Shown here one piece after another: positions 7,964-15,952 of a stretch of DNA of 27,236 nucleotides. The notes under the pieces were generated by a model, which had not been told where the DNA came from, ran no database searches, and saw only the letters and a list, made by a program, of their open reading frames with translations. Position 1 is the stretch's first letter. Every line of letters begins with the position of its first letter. Source of the DNA: Candidatus Zixiibacteriota bacterium (GTDB lineage Bacteria > Zixibacteria > MSB-5A5 > UBA10806 > 4484-95); the NCBI GenBank assembly GCA_029932605.1, contig JAOZPT010000025.1:6937-34172 (forward strand), written 5' to 3'. Position numbers and translations under genes: made by a program.

Positions 7964-8497
7964 ATGCTGAAAATTATTGAGGATATAAAAGCAATATATC
8001 GTAACGACCCAGCTGCTAAAAATCTTGAGTTTTTACTTTACCCCGGTTTTCATGCCATAGCCTTTCATCGGTTAATTCATTGGTTATGGAAAGTTGGTGT
8101 GCCTTTTATTCCTCGTTTGTTTTCTCAGATTTCACGTTTTTTAACTGGCCTTGAGATCCATCCAGGGGCTACGATCGGCAAGGGATTTTTTGTTGACCAT
8201 GGAGCCGGGTTGGTAATCGGCGAGACAACGGAGATTGGGGATAATTGCGTGCTTTTCCACAATGTAACTCTGGGTGGCACCGGTAAACAGAAAGGGAAAC
8301 GTCACCCTACACTTGGTAATAATGTCCTAGTAGGAACGGGAGCAATTCTTTTAGGGCCAATTAAGGTTGGTGACAACGTTAAAATAGGCGCAAACAGTTT
8401 TGTGTTTATGAAAGATATCCCTTCAAACTGCACCGTTGTCGGTACACCGGCGAAAATTGTCAGGCGTAATGGTGTTCCCTGCAGTGAAGAACTGTAA
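7964..8497 (+). CDS. cysE: Serine O-acetyltransferase (short, EpsC-type)
   Basis: [48 protein letters not shown] hexapeptide repeats; adjacent to cysK. Confidence 0.95.
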   Translation: MLKIIEDIKAIYRNDPAAKNLEFLLYPGFHAIAFHRLIHWLWKVGVPFIPRLFSQISRFLTGLEIHPGATIGKGFFVDHGAGLVIGETTEIGDNCVLFHNVTLGGTGKQKGKRHPTLGNNVLVGTGAILLGPIKVGDNVKIGANSFVFMKDIPSNCTVVGTPAKIVRRNGVPCSEEL

Positions 8498-8623
8498 AGG
8501 TTGTTTATAGGTCAATTTTCACAGCTAAATTTTGCATGAGTGGTTTGTATTAAATAAAAATCCTCAAAATCTTGGGTTTGGTGTTTCTCTAACAGGCAAG
8601 CAAGGGAAAAGCAAGAAAACAAT

Positions 8624-9622
8624 CTATCTCAGTGTTATCTCACCTGCAGTGTATGACTTTAAGCCGCTCCTGTTTTTTATCAAAAGTCCGCCGTTATCGT
8701 CAAAACCAATCACCTTACCAGTGATTTTTTTCTTACCCAACGAAAGTGTTACCCGCTTGCCTAAAACCGCTGAGTGCTGGTTGAGTTCTGAGGCGATATA
8801 TTTAAATCCATGTCTGCAAAAATTTCCATAAAGTTTCTCAAACTGCACTAATATATTCTGCAGTAGGGAAATCCGCGAGACCTCCTTTTTAGTTATAATT
8901 TTCAAAGAGGTTGCCGTCCTGTGCAAAGGACGTGGGAAATCTTTTTTGATGTGATTGACGTTTATACCTATTCCGACGACGACGTATTCTACTCTATCGA
9001 GCTCGGCGGCAAGTTCAATAAGTATTCCAGCCAATTTCCTTCTGTTATATAGGATATCGTTTGGCCATTTCATCTGGGTTTTAAGGTTTAATGTAGTATA
9101 TATTGCCCGGATTATCGCCAAACCTGCTGTTAATGATAATCCGGGAGTTTTATCGGGTGGCAATTTTGGGCGAAGTATAAGCGAAAAATAAAGCCCTTTA
9201 CCAGCTGGCGAATGCCATTTTCGCCCCAGCCGTCCACGTCCTTTGGACTGGGTATTGGCTATTATCAATGTCCCCTCGGGAAGGCCGGTTTTAGCGAAAT
9301 AATGAGCGGTCTTATTTGTTGAGCCAATCGTTTCATAAGAGAAAATCCGGCAGGCAAAAAACCGGCAGGAAAGCCCAGCAGCTACCTCAAGTGGCAAAAC
9401 AACATCGGGTGAATGAACCAGTTTATATCCCTTGTTACGACCGGCCTCGATTTGATAACCGCAATCTCTAAGATAAGCAACATTCTCGTAAACCAGCTGG
9501 CGGTTTATGTTCAATGATTCGGATATCTCCCGTGACGGCACAAATTTATTGTTGGCCCTTTTGAAGTAAGCAAGTATATCGGCGGCTATGCCAGGTCTGC
9601 CATCGTAGGGATAAAGATTCAT
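8624..9622 (-). CDS. birA: Bifunctional biotin--[acetyl-CoA-carboxylase] ligase / biotin repressor
   Basis: N-terminal winged HTH (SREISESLNINRQLVYENV), STN, QSKGRGRLGRKW, KWPND, KLAGIL, GIGINV; ATGA overlap with nadC. Confidence 0.95.
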   Translation of the reverse strand: MNLYPYDGRPGIAADILAYFKRANNKFVPSREISESLNINRQLVYENVAYLRDCGYQIEAGRNKGYKLVHSPDVVLPLEVAAGLSCRFFACRIFSYETIGSTNKTAHYFAKTGLPEGTLIIANTQSKGRGRLGRKWHSPAGKGLYFSLILRPKLPPDKTPGLSLTAGLAIIRAIYTTLNLKTQMKWPNDILYNRRKLAGILIELAAELDRVEYVVVGIGINVNHIKKDFPRPLHRTATSLKIITKKEVSRISLLQNILVQFEKLYGNFCRHGFKYIASELNQHSAVLGKRVTLSLGKKKITGKVIGFDDNGGLLIKNRSGLKSYTAGEITLR

Positions 9623-10449
9623 CTGATATATCTCATCGATAAATCGACTGCCTTAGCCGAGTGCGTTAAAGCGCCGATTGAGATGTAATCAACACCTGTT
9701 TTGGCGATGGTTCTAATATTTTCAAGGTTGATACCACCAGAAGCTTCGACCTTTATTCTGGGGCTCTTAGACTTTATCATCTTAACCGCTTTTGAAAGTT
9801 GGCTTATTTTAAAGTTATCAAGCATTATGATATCTGGTTGATAATCAAGGACTGTTTTAAGTTGTTTCAAATTGGCGACCTCGATCTCGACTTTATATTT
9901 GATATTTTGTACCCTAGTAAGAACCTGCTTTATTCCTCCAGCAGCGGTGATATGATTGTCCTTGATGAGGACCATATCGTAAAGCCCCATTCTGTGATTG
10001 AATCCACCACCATGCAAAACCGCTTTTCTTTCAAGCCAGCGTAAGCCAGGAGTTGTCTTACGTGTATCGAGAATTTTTGCTTTCGTGTCTTTAATCTGGT
10101 TTGCATATTCAGCCGTTAGTGTAGCTACTCCGGAAAGATGGCTTAATAGGTTCAAAGCAAGTCTTTCACCTTTAAGGAGGGCTTGAACCGGGCCTTTGAT
10201 GGTAGCGATTTTTTCCATCGCCTTGAACTTTTTTCCCTCCCTGCAGTGAAATGTTACTTTGGTTCTGGGAGAGGTAAGTTTGAATGCATATTTAAATGCT
10301 TCAATCCCAGAGAGTATACCGCTGGATTTGGCAATTACAATCGCTGTACCTTTTCTGAATTTCGGTATTAGGGTTTCAGTTGTAATATCACCAGTTTTTA
10401 TGTCTTCAAAATAAGCAATTTTTATAATTTGCTGGCATAGTTTATCCAT
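9619..10449 (-). CDS. nadC: Nicotinate-nucleotide diphosphorylase (carboxylating), quinolinate phosphoribosyltransferase
   Basis: GDITT, ERLALN, DTRKTTPGLR, HRMGLYD..LIKDNH, EIEV, IMLDNF, EASGGI, GALTHSA. Start is ATG 10449 or TTG 10452. Confidence 0.96.
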   Translation of the reverse strand: MDKLCQQIIKIAYFEDIKTGDITTETLIPKFRKGTAIVIAKSSGILSGIEAFKYAFKLTSPRTKVTFHCREGKKFKAMEKIATIKGPVQALLKGERLALNLLSHLSGVATLTAEYANQIKDTKAKILDTRKTTPGLRWLERKAVLHGGGFNHRMGLYDMVLIKDNHITAAGGIKQVLTRVQNIKYKVEIEVANLKQLKTVLDYQPDIIMLDNFKISQLSKAVKMIKSKSPRIKVEASGGINLENIRTIAKTGVDYISIGALTHSAKAVDLSMRYIR

Positions 10450-10457
10450 CAACAGGT

Positions 10458-10527
10458 AAATTAGGAGAAACGAGATTTTTTTGTCAACGGGAAAAGTATT
10501 GACAAGGTTTACTTATAATTCTATCTT
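10458..10527. promoter_or_regulatory. Back-to-back divergent sigma70 promoters (nadC-birA and histidine kinase-receiver)
   Basis: Minus strand TTGACA(10487-10482)-N18-TAATTT(10463-10458); plus strand TTGACA(10499-10504)-N17-TATCTT(10522-10527). Confidence 0.65.
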
Positions 10528-10558
10528 ATGATTAACGATTTTTAGCATTGGGGTTTTT

Positions 10559-12220
10559 ATGACTTCCAATAACTTTTGTATTCACCCAGAATATCAAGAT
10601 AAGCTATGTTGGATTTCTATGTTGTCCAATCCTGAGCCTGAAATCACCGATCAGCAAGGCCCTTCTGCTATACAGGATGACATAACGATTTGTTATGAAT
10701 GCCAGCGGTTCAAAACCAATACTGAAAGGGGCTTTGGAAGGCGATCTGCTGATCAGGCTATTGGCCTCACCGTTATCAAGCTTTTAGAACAACTTTTACT
10801 TAAAAAACGGAACCTCCAGCAAACGGCTGACGAACTAAAGAAAACGATAGAACAACTAAATCTTCTTAAAAATATTACCGATGCTCTTGCCCGAAGCGAA
10901 AGCCTTGAAAAAAGCCTGAAGATTATTCTTACCGGCGCATCCTCTGGGGATGCTTTTGGTTTTAATCGAGCGGCGGTTTTTTTGGTAAACGATAATAACA
11001 ACATGCTTGAGGGAAAATGTGCTATCGGACCAGAAAGCCCGGAGGAAGCCAACAGGATTTGGGAGGAGATATCGAAAATTCCCTTAAACCGTCTTTTAGA
11101 GGAAATTCTTAACGGAGAAGAATTCGTACCCTGTTCCCTTGAGACGATGATTTCCAAAGTAAGGGTTCCCATGTCTGATAAGGAAAATCCCCTTATTAAA
11201 ATCCTTAACGATTCCAAGGAAAAAGTAATAGATATAAAAAAGGAGTTATATCCGGATTTTGATATGTCGTGGTGGCCTGGGTTTGAGAAGGCCGTAGCAG
11301 TGCCTTTAATCTCCGAGGGAAAACCGCTGGGACTGATTTGGGCAGATAACGCTATCACCGGTAAACCGATCACCAACGAATTGATCGATTCTTTAAAATC
11401 TTTAGCCAATGCCTGTGCCTCAGGTTTGCAGAACGCTATTTTACATCAGAAACTTTACGCCCAGCTCAAAGAGCTTGAAAGAGTACATGAACTTTTCAAA
11501 TCGAATCAAGCTTATCTCGTTCGTCATGAAAGACTTGCTGATATTGGAATGCTGGCCACTAAAGTAGCCCATGAATTTAGAGTTCCTCTGGTCACGATCG
11601 GCGGCTATGCTCGAAGGATGAAAAAAACCATAGGCACCGAAAACTTCGACAGGCTATCCGTAGACGTTATTATTTCGGAGGTCGACAGGTTATCAAAAAT
11701 CACCTCTGATATTCTGGAATATTCACGGGGTGCTAAGCTCAATATAAAAGAGTGCGATCTGAATACCGTAATTAATGATTCGTTAAACCAGCTCAAAGAT
11801 AAGTTGGAAACCTCTAGCATCATACCCGAAAAAAAGTTTGTAACCAAAAAACTTACGATCAAAGCTGATCCACAGAGGTTAAAACAGGTGATATTCAATC
11901 TTGTTGATAATGCCGTTGACGCTATGAACAATGGCGGTAAACTTACCGTAAGAACATCAAAGAAAAAAGGATACGTTGTTTTGGATATAAAAGATACAGG
12001 GGTTGGTATAAGTAATAAAGAGCTTGAAAACCTGTTCAAGTTATTTTACACGACTAAGGAGAAGGGATCCGGGTTGGGGTTAGCCGTTTCGAAAAAAATT
12101 ATTGATGACCATGGTGGTTATATAAGTGTGGATTCTCAGCCAGGTGAAGGCACTGTTTTTTCTGTTCATATTCCAGCTTTAAACGGGCTTGAAATGAATA
12201 AGAACAATCAGATACATTAG
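10559..12220 (+). CDS. Cytoplasmic GAF-domain sensor histidine kinase (HisKA + HATPase_c) with Cys-rich N-terminus
   Basis: GAF (GFNRAAVFLV...AVPLISEGKPLGLIWADN), H-box AHEFRVPL, N-box QVIFNLVDNAVDAM, G1 DTGVGI, F-box FYTTK, G2 GSGLGL; no TM helix seen. Confidence 0.93.
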   Translation: MTSNNFCIHPEYQDKLCWISMLSNPEPEITDQQGPSAIQDDITICYECQRFKTNTERGFGRRSADQAIGLTVIKLLEQLLLKKRNLQQTADELKKTIEQLNLLKNITDALARSESLEKSLKIILTGASSGDAFGFNRAAVFLVNDNNNMLEGKCAIGPESPEEANRIWEEISKIPLNRLLEEILNGEEFVPCSLETMISKVRVPMSDKENPLIKILNDSKEKVIDIKKELYPDFDMSWWPGFEKAVAVPLISEGKPLGLIWADNAITGKPITNELIDSLKSLANACASGLQNAILHQKLYAQLKELERVHELFKSNQAYLVRHERLADIGMLATKVAHEFRVPLVTIGGYARRMKKTIGTENFDRLSVDVIISEVDRLSKITSDILEYSRGAKLNIKECDLNTVINDSLNQLKDKLETSSIIPEKKFVTKKLTIKADPQRLKQVIFNLVDNAVDAMNNGGKLTVRTSKKKGYVVLDIKDTGVGISNKELENLFKLFYTTKEKGSGLGLAVSKKIIDDHGGYISVDSQPGEGTVFSVHIPALNGLEMNKNNQIH

Positions 12221-12262
12221 GAATATAATGAAAATTGAAGATAAAAGAAATGGAGGTCGGGC

Positions 12263-12616
12263 TTGCCCAGAGTTTTAGTGGTTGAGGATGAAAAGTATCT
12301 TCTCGAACTATATAAAAATGAGTTGGAGGATGAAGGTTATGAAGTGATACCGGTTGACAATGGCAATGAGGTTTTAGAAAAGGTAAAAGATTTTCATCCG
12401 GAAATAGTTATCCTTGATATCCGCCTAGGGGGAACAGAGGGTCTGGAAGTATTAGAGCAGATAAAAAGTTATGACATGAAACTTCCGGTTATATTGAATT
12501 CAGCTTATGCAACATATAAGGCAAATTTTTCTTGCTGGATTGCTGATGAGTATGTCGTTAAGTCACCGGATTTGACCGAGTTAAAAACAACTATAAGGAA
12601 GTATATTAAAAATTAA
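12263..12616 (+). CDS. Single-domain response regulator (receiver only)
   Basis: VLVVEDE, ILDIRL (phospho-Asp), SAY, VVKS; TTG start with GGAGG SD; directly downstream of the kinase. Confidence 0.93.
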   Translation: MPRVLVVEDEKYLLELYKNELEDEGYEVIPVDNGNEVLEKVKDFHPEIVILDIRLGGTEGLEVLEQIKSYDMKLPVILNSAYATYKANFSCWIADEYVVKSPDLTELKTTIRKYIKN

Positions 12617-13050
12617 ACAAAAAATTGTTTTTCTTTAAGGGTTAAGCCCGACTATTCATTAAGGCAATTTCGTTTTTTGAAAACAGCACCCAAATCAAAA
12701 GCTTATAGGTATACAGCCAGAAAACAAGAAATCATAAAATAACGGTATGTGTTTATGAGGTTCAAAATCGATTCCGGCTGATGTTAACAAATCGAGCACT
12801 CAAGCACAAGGGGCAGAAACAGCTTATGCTCTCGTTAATCAGAGTTTACGTATAAAAAGATTGAATCTCATAATTCAACCATCCTTGTAATGAAGAGCCA
12901 TGTTGATTTTCTTAGCGATAATAAAGATCACTGGTGAAAATTAGAAATTTGAGAAAATAATATACCCCGATATCCAGTTTGCCCGAAAGCAATCTCCAAT
13001 TTTGATAAGTGGTGTTTCCCAATGAAACAATTAAAGCAATAGCATTTAGT

Positions 13051-13494
13051 TCAAGCTGGGTATTTACCGGATATGTAATCGCTGAGATACCGGTTTTCCG
13101 CTTTGAAATCTTTTAAGAGAGATTTTACTATGTCTCCTATTGAGATTATGCCAGACAACTTATTGTCCTGCAAAATCGGTACATGGCGAATGCGGTTGGA
13201 TGTCATAAGTTGCATAATATATTCGACGTCATCCTCGGGAAAACCAATGATGATATTTTTCGTCATCACTTCACCAACAGCGATTCTCTGCCAACTGCTT
13301 TCATATTTTTCGAAAACCAGCTTTATTATGTCTCTCTCGGTGATTATACCGACAGGACAGTGGCTAGAGTCCACAACGACCAGAGAACCAACTTTATTTT
13401 CAGTGATATTCTGTAGGGCTTGTTTGATAGTGCTATGGGGAGTGATGGTATTAACACCTGAACCTTTTGTTTTGAGTATATCGGCTACTTTCAT
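13051..13494 (-). CDS. Tandem CBS domain protein
   Basis: VGSLVVVD..PVGIITERDI, VGEVMTK, RIRHVPI..LSGIISIGDIVK; AAGGAG SD. Confidence 0.93.
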   Translation of the reverse strand: MKVADILKTKGSGVNTITPHSTIKQALQNITENKVGSLVVVDSSHCPVGIITERDIIKLVFEKYESSWQRIAVGEVMTKNIIIGFPEDDVEYIMQLMTSNRIRHVPILQDNKLSGIISIGDIVKSLLKDFKAENRYLSDYISGKYPA

Positions 13495-13724
13495 TTATTG
13501 TCTCCTTGATGGTTAACCTTGTTGTTACTTTTCTAAAACTTATACAAACTCAACTTTCAAATATTTTTGCATCCTAATCATTAAAGAATAGATTTTTGAT
13601 ATATCAGCATTATCATTTGATCCATATTGATGGCAGGTTATGATGTTCTGAAATTTTGGAGATGTATAAACCTATCTGAATGAATTATAGTTTTATTTAA
13701 TAGAAAAATTATTGTTACATTGAT

Positions 13725-13751
13725 TAATGTTGATTATAAACCATCCGATAT
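13725..13751 (+). promoter_or_regulatory. Sigma28-like promoter of the zinc-finger microprotein gene
   Basis: TAATGTTG-N11-TCCGATAT versus the extended consensus TAAAGTTT-N11-GCCGATAA. Confidence 0.45.
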
Positions 13752-13783
13752 AAAATATTGAATCATAAATCAGGAGGGTGAAA

Positions 13784-13882
13784 GTGAGAAAGACACGCTG
13801 CAAAGCCATAACCAAAAACAAAAAACGCTGCAAGAACTGGGCTCGGGGCAATTCCAAATATTGCTGGGTCCACAGACATTAG
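13784..13882 (+). CDS. 32-aa basic C-x9-C-x10-C-x2-H zinc-finger microprotein (DUF5763-like)
   Basis: AGGAGG SD 6 nt before GTG; MRKTRCKAITKNKKRCKNWARGNSKYCWVHRH*; followed by an intrinsic terminator. Below the ORF-track size cut-off. Confidence 0.8.
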   Translation: MRKTRCKAITKNKKRCKNWARGNSKYCWVHRH

Positions 13883-13907
13883 TTTTTGAAAGCAAGGTAT
13901 TAAGTAT

Positions 13908-13938
13908 AGGGTTTAGTTGCTAACTAAACCCTTTTTTT
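13908..13938 (+). terminator. Rho-independent terminator
   Basis: AGGGTTTAGTT-gct-AACTAAACCCT perfect 11-bp stem followed by a T run, 25 nt after the microprotein stop. Confidence 0.85.
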
Positions 13939-14027
13939 ACTTTTGTCTTAAGTTGCCAAAGATACATCATCAAATTTTTTTACATGATAATAAATATAAT
14001 CAGGAAGTTCAATAAATAATTATAAGG

Positions 14028-14199
14028 TCACTGGGATTCAGAGTATCTTTTTTGGGGATACGAATTAAGTATTATAGCCGCGATTTGTTCGGGAAGTATG
14101 TTTGTGCTGTTTATTATAAGATCATAAGCGTTGGGAATGTTTTTTTTCAAATTCCCATCTCTTGATTTGCTGGTCAACGATAAGTTCGATCGCTTTCAT
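14028..14199 (-). pseudogene. Remnant of a cytidylate-kinase-like family gene (N- and C-termini only, out of frame)
   Basis: GGGGAGG SD plus ATG gives MKAIELIVDQQIKRWEFEKK...; in the +1 frame across an A8 run the sequence continues IPNAYDLIINSTNILPEQIAAIILNSYPQKRYSESQ*. Both parts resemble the termini of cytidylate-kinase-like proteins (by recall, not by search). Confidence 0.55.
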
Positions 14200-14263
14200 A
14201 AATGACCTCCCCATCTCTATAAAAAGCAAATCTTGCATTTTATATAACAGTGCCGTCCTTTAC

Positions 14264-14281
14264 GTCAATTATATAATTGAC
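14264..14281. promoter_or_regulatory. Perfect 18-bp palindrome GTCAATTATATAATTGAC (divergent -35 boxes or operator)
   Basis: Exact self-complement between the divergent remnant gene and the serpin; each half contains TTGAC. Confidence 0.55.
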
Positions 14282-14407
14282 TTAAATAATTCCAATATGG
14301 AACAATTTGCATGTATTTGAATTAGAAAATTTAAGGGAAATATGTTGCTTATCGTATTTAAAACTGGTAAAATCCCAAATGCATGTAAATAATAAAGGAG
14401 GTTTATA

Positions 14408-15643
14408 ATGTGTAAGTCGTCTATCTTTTTTGTAGTTATGTTGGTTGGTGTTTTGATTATGTTTTGTTCTAAAAATTCTATCTATGCCGAGGAGGATTCT
14501 CCACGAGAACTTAACGCGGTTGAGAGCAAGCTTGTAAAAGCGGACAATAAGTTTGGATTTAACATATTTAAGGAAATAGTTAATGAGGACAAGGACTCGA
14601 ATGTATTTATCTCGCCTTTGTCTATATCGATGGCTCTGGCAATGACCTACAACGGTGCCGATGGTAACACCAAACAGGCGATGGCCTCGACACTTGAACT
14701 GTCTGATCTATCCATTACGGGGATGAATGAATCCTATCAAAGCATGATTGAGTTATTAATGAACCTTGATCCTCAGGTGATATTTCAGATAGCGAACTCT
14801 ATATGGTATCGTCAGGAATACGATGTCGAACATGATTTTGTTGACCTGAACAGGACACATTTTAATGCTGAAATCAGGGCTTTGGATTTCAATAAGCCGA
14901 ATTCTGTTAATATAATCAATAACTGGGTTGATAAAAACACCAACGGTAAAATTAAGGAGATCGTGCAGCCACCAATTGACCCGCAAACCGTGATGTATTT
15001 AATTAACGCTATCTATTTCAAGGGCACCTGGACCTACGAATTTGATAAAAAAGATACCCGTGATGACAAGTTTAATTTAGTTAACGGTTCTCAAGTACCA
15101 TGTAAAATGATGGTTCAGGAAAAGAGATTTCGTTATTTTGAGAATGATGAGTTTCAGGCTATCGATCTGCCATATGGAGATAAAAAATTCAGTATGATAA
15201 TTTTTTTACCTAAACCCAAGGTCGATGTAAATACCCTAATAAGTATGCTCGATTCAGAGGATTTTGATATCTGGCTTGGTCGTTTTTCAAAGCGGTCTGG
15301 AACATTATATTTACCCAAATTCAAAATTGAATATGGGCTATCTTTGAACAGAGCCTTGAGCGCTCTTGGTATGGGAATAGCCTTTACCGACAAAGCTGAT
15401 TTTACAAAGATAAATAAAAGGGGCGGTTTATTCATAAGCGAGGTTAAGCATAAGACTTTTATTGAGGTCAATGAAGAGGGTACCGAAGCGGCTGCGGTTA
15501 CCAGCGTGGGAATGATGAAAACCTCAGTGGGTCCAACCCCGTTCGTTATGCGTCTTGACCGGCCTTTTATATTGATGATTAGAGAGAACCATTCGAGGAC
15601 AATCCTTTTTATGGGGAAAATAATGGAACCAACCCTGGGTTGA
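14408..15643 (+). CDS. Serpin (serine protease inhibitor), exported
   Basis: NVFISPLSI, INNWV..NTNGKI, LINAIYFKGTW, LPKFK, hinge VNEEGTEAAAVT, DRPF; N-terminal signal peptide; AAGGAGG SD. Confidence 0.96.
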   Translation: MCKSSIFFVVMLVGVLIMFCSKNSIYAEEDSPRELNAVESKLVKADNKFGFNIFKEIVNEDKDSNVFISPLSISMALAMTYNGADGNTKQAMASTLELSDLSITGMNESYQSMIELLMNLDPQVIFQIANSIWYRQEYDVEHDFVDLNRTHFNAEIRALDFNKPNSVNIINNWVDKNTNGKIKEIVQPPIDPQTVMYLINAIYFKGTWTYEFDKKDTRDDKFNLVNGSQVPCKMMVQEKRFRYFENDEFQAIDLPYGDKKFSMIIFLPKPKVDVNTLISMLDSEDFDIWLGRFSKRSGTLYLPKFKIEYGLSLNRALSALGMGIAFTDKADFTKINKRGGLFISEVKHKTFIEVNEEGTEAAAVTSVGMMKTSVGPTPFVMRLDRPFILMIRENHSRTILFMGKIMEPTLG

Positions 15644-15952
15644 AAGTGATATGCAATTATCTTAAAAATTGAATTCAAAAGTAATATCGCGTTTTTGCAA
15701 AATGCAACAGAAGAGATTCGTATCCGATTCGGGTGTTTCAACCAATGTTGTATTAATTCTACGGTATTTACAGATTACTTTTTATATTATAACAACAAGC
15801 TTCAGTAGGCAGAATCATCCATTCTAACTACGAGGATAGAAAGCCTCGCCCATTATCTGTAATTCACACAACCTTTGTTGATATGACACTGGCTTTTAAA
15901 AACTTGTGACTAAAATCTGACTTTACGGATATCAAAAAACAAATATTAATAC

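Noticed and set aside
8498..8623. Expected coaX downstream of nadC-birA
   Set aside because: Not present; the gap is only 126 bp with no recognisable remnant. This is ordinary operon rearrangement.
12661..12720. Superficial resemblance to a c-di-GMP-I (GEMM) riboswitch (GGCAA...GAAA...AAAGCTTATAGG...CAGCCAG)
   Set aside because: Lacks the paired P2 stem, the GGACGC junction and the P3 hairpin, and no gene lies downstream on that strand; an Rfam scan would settle it.
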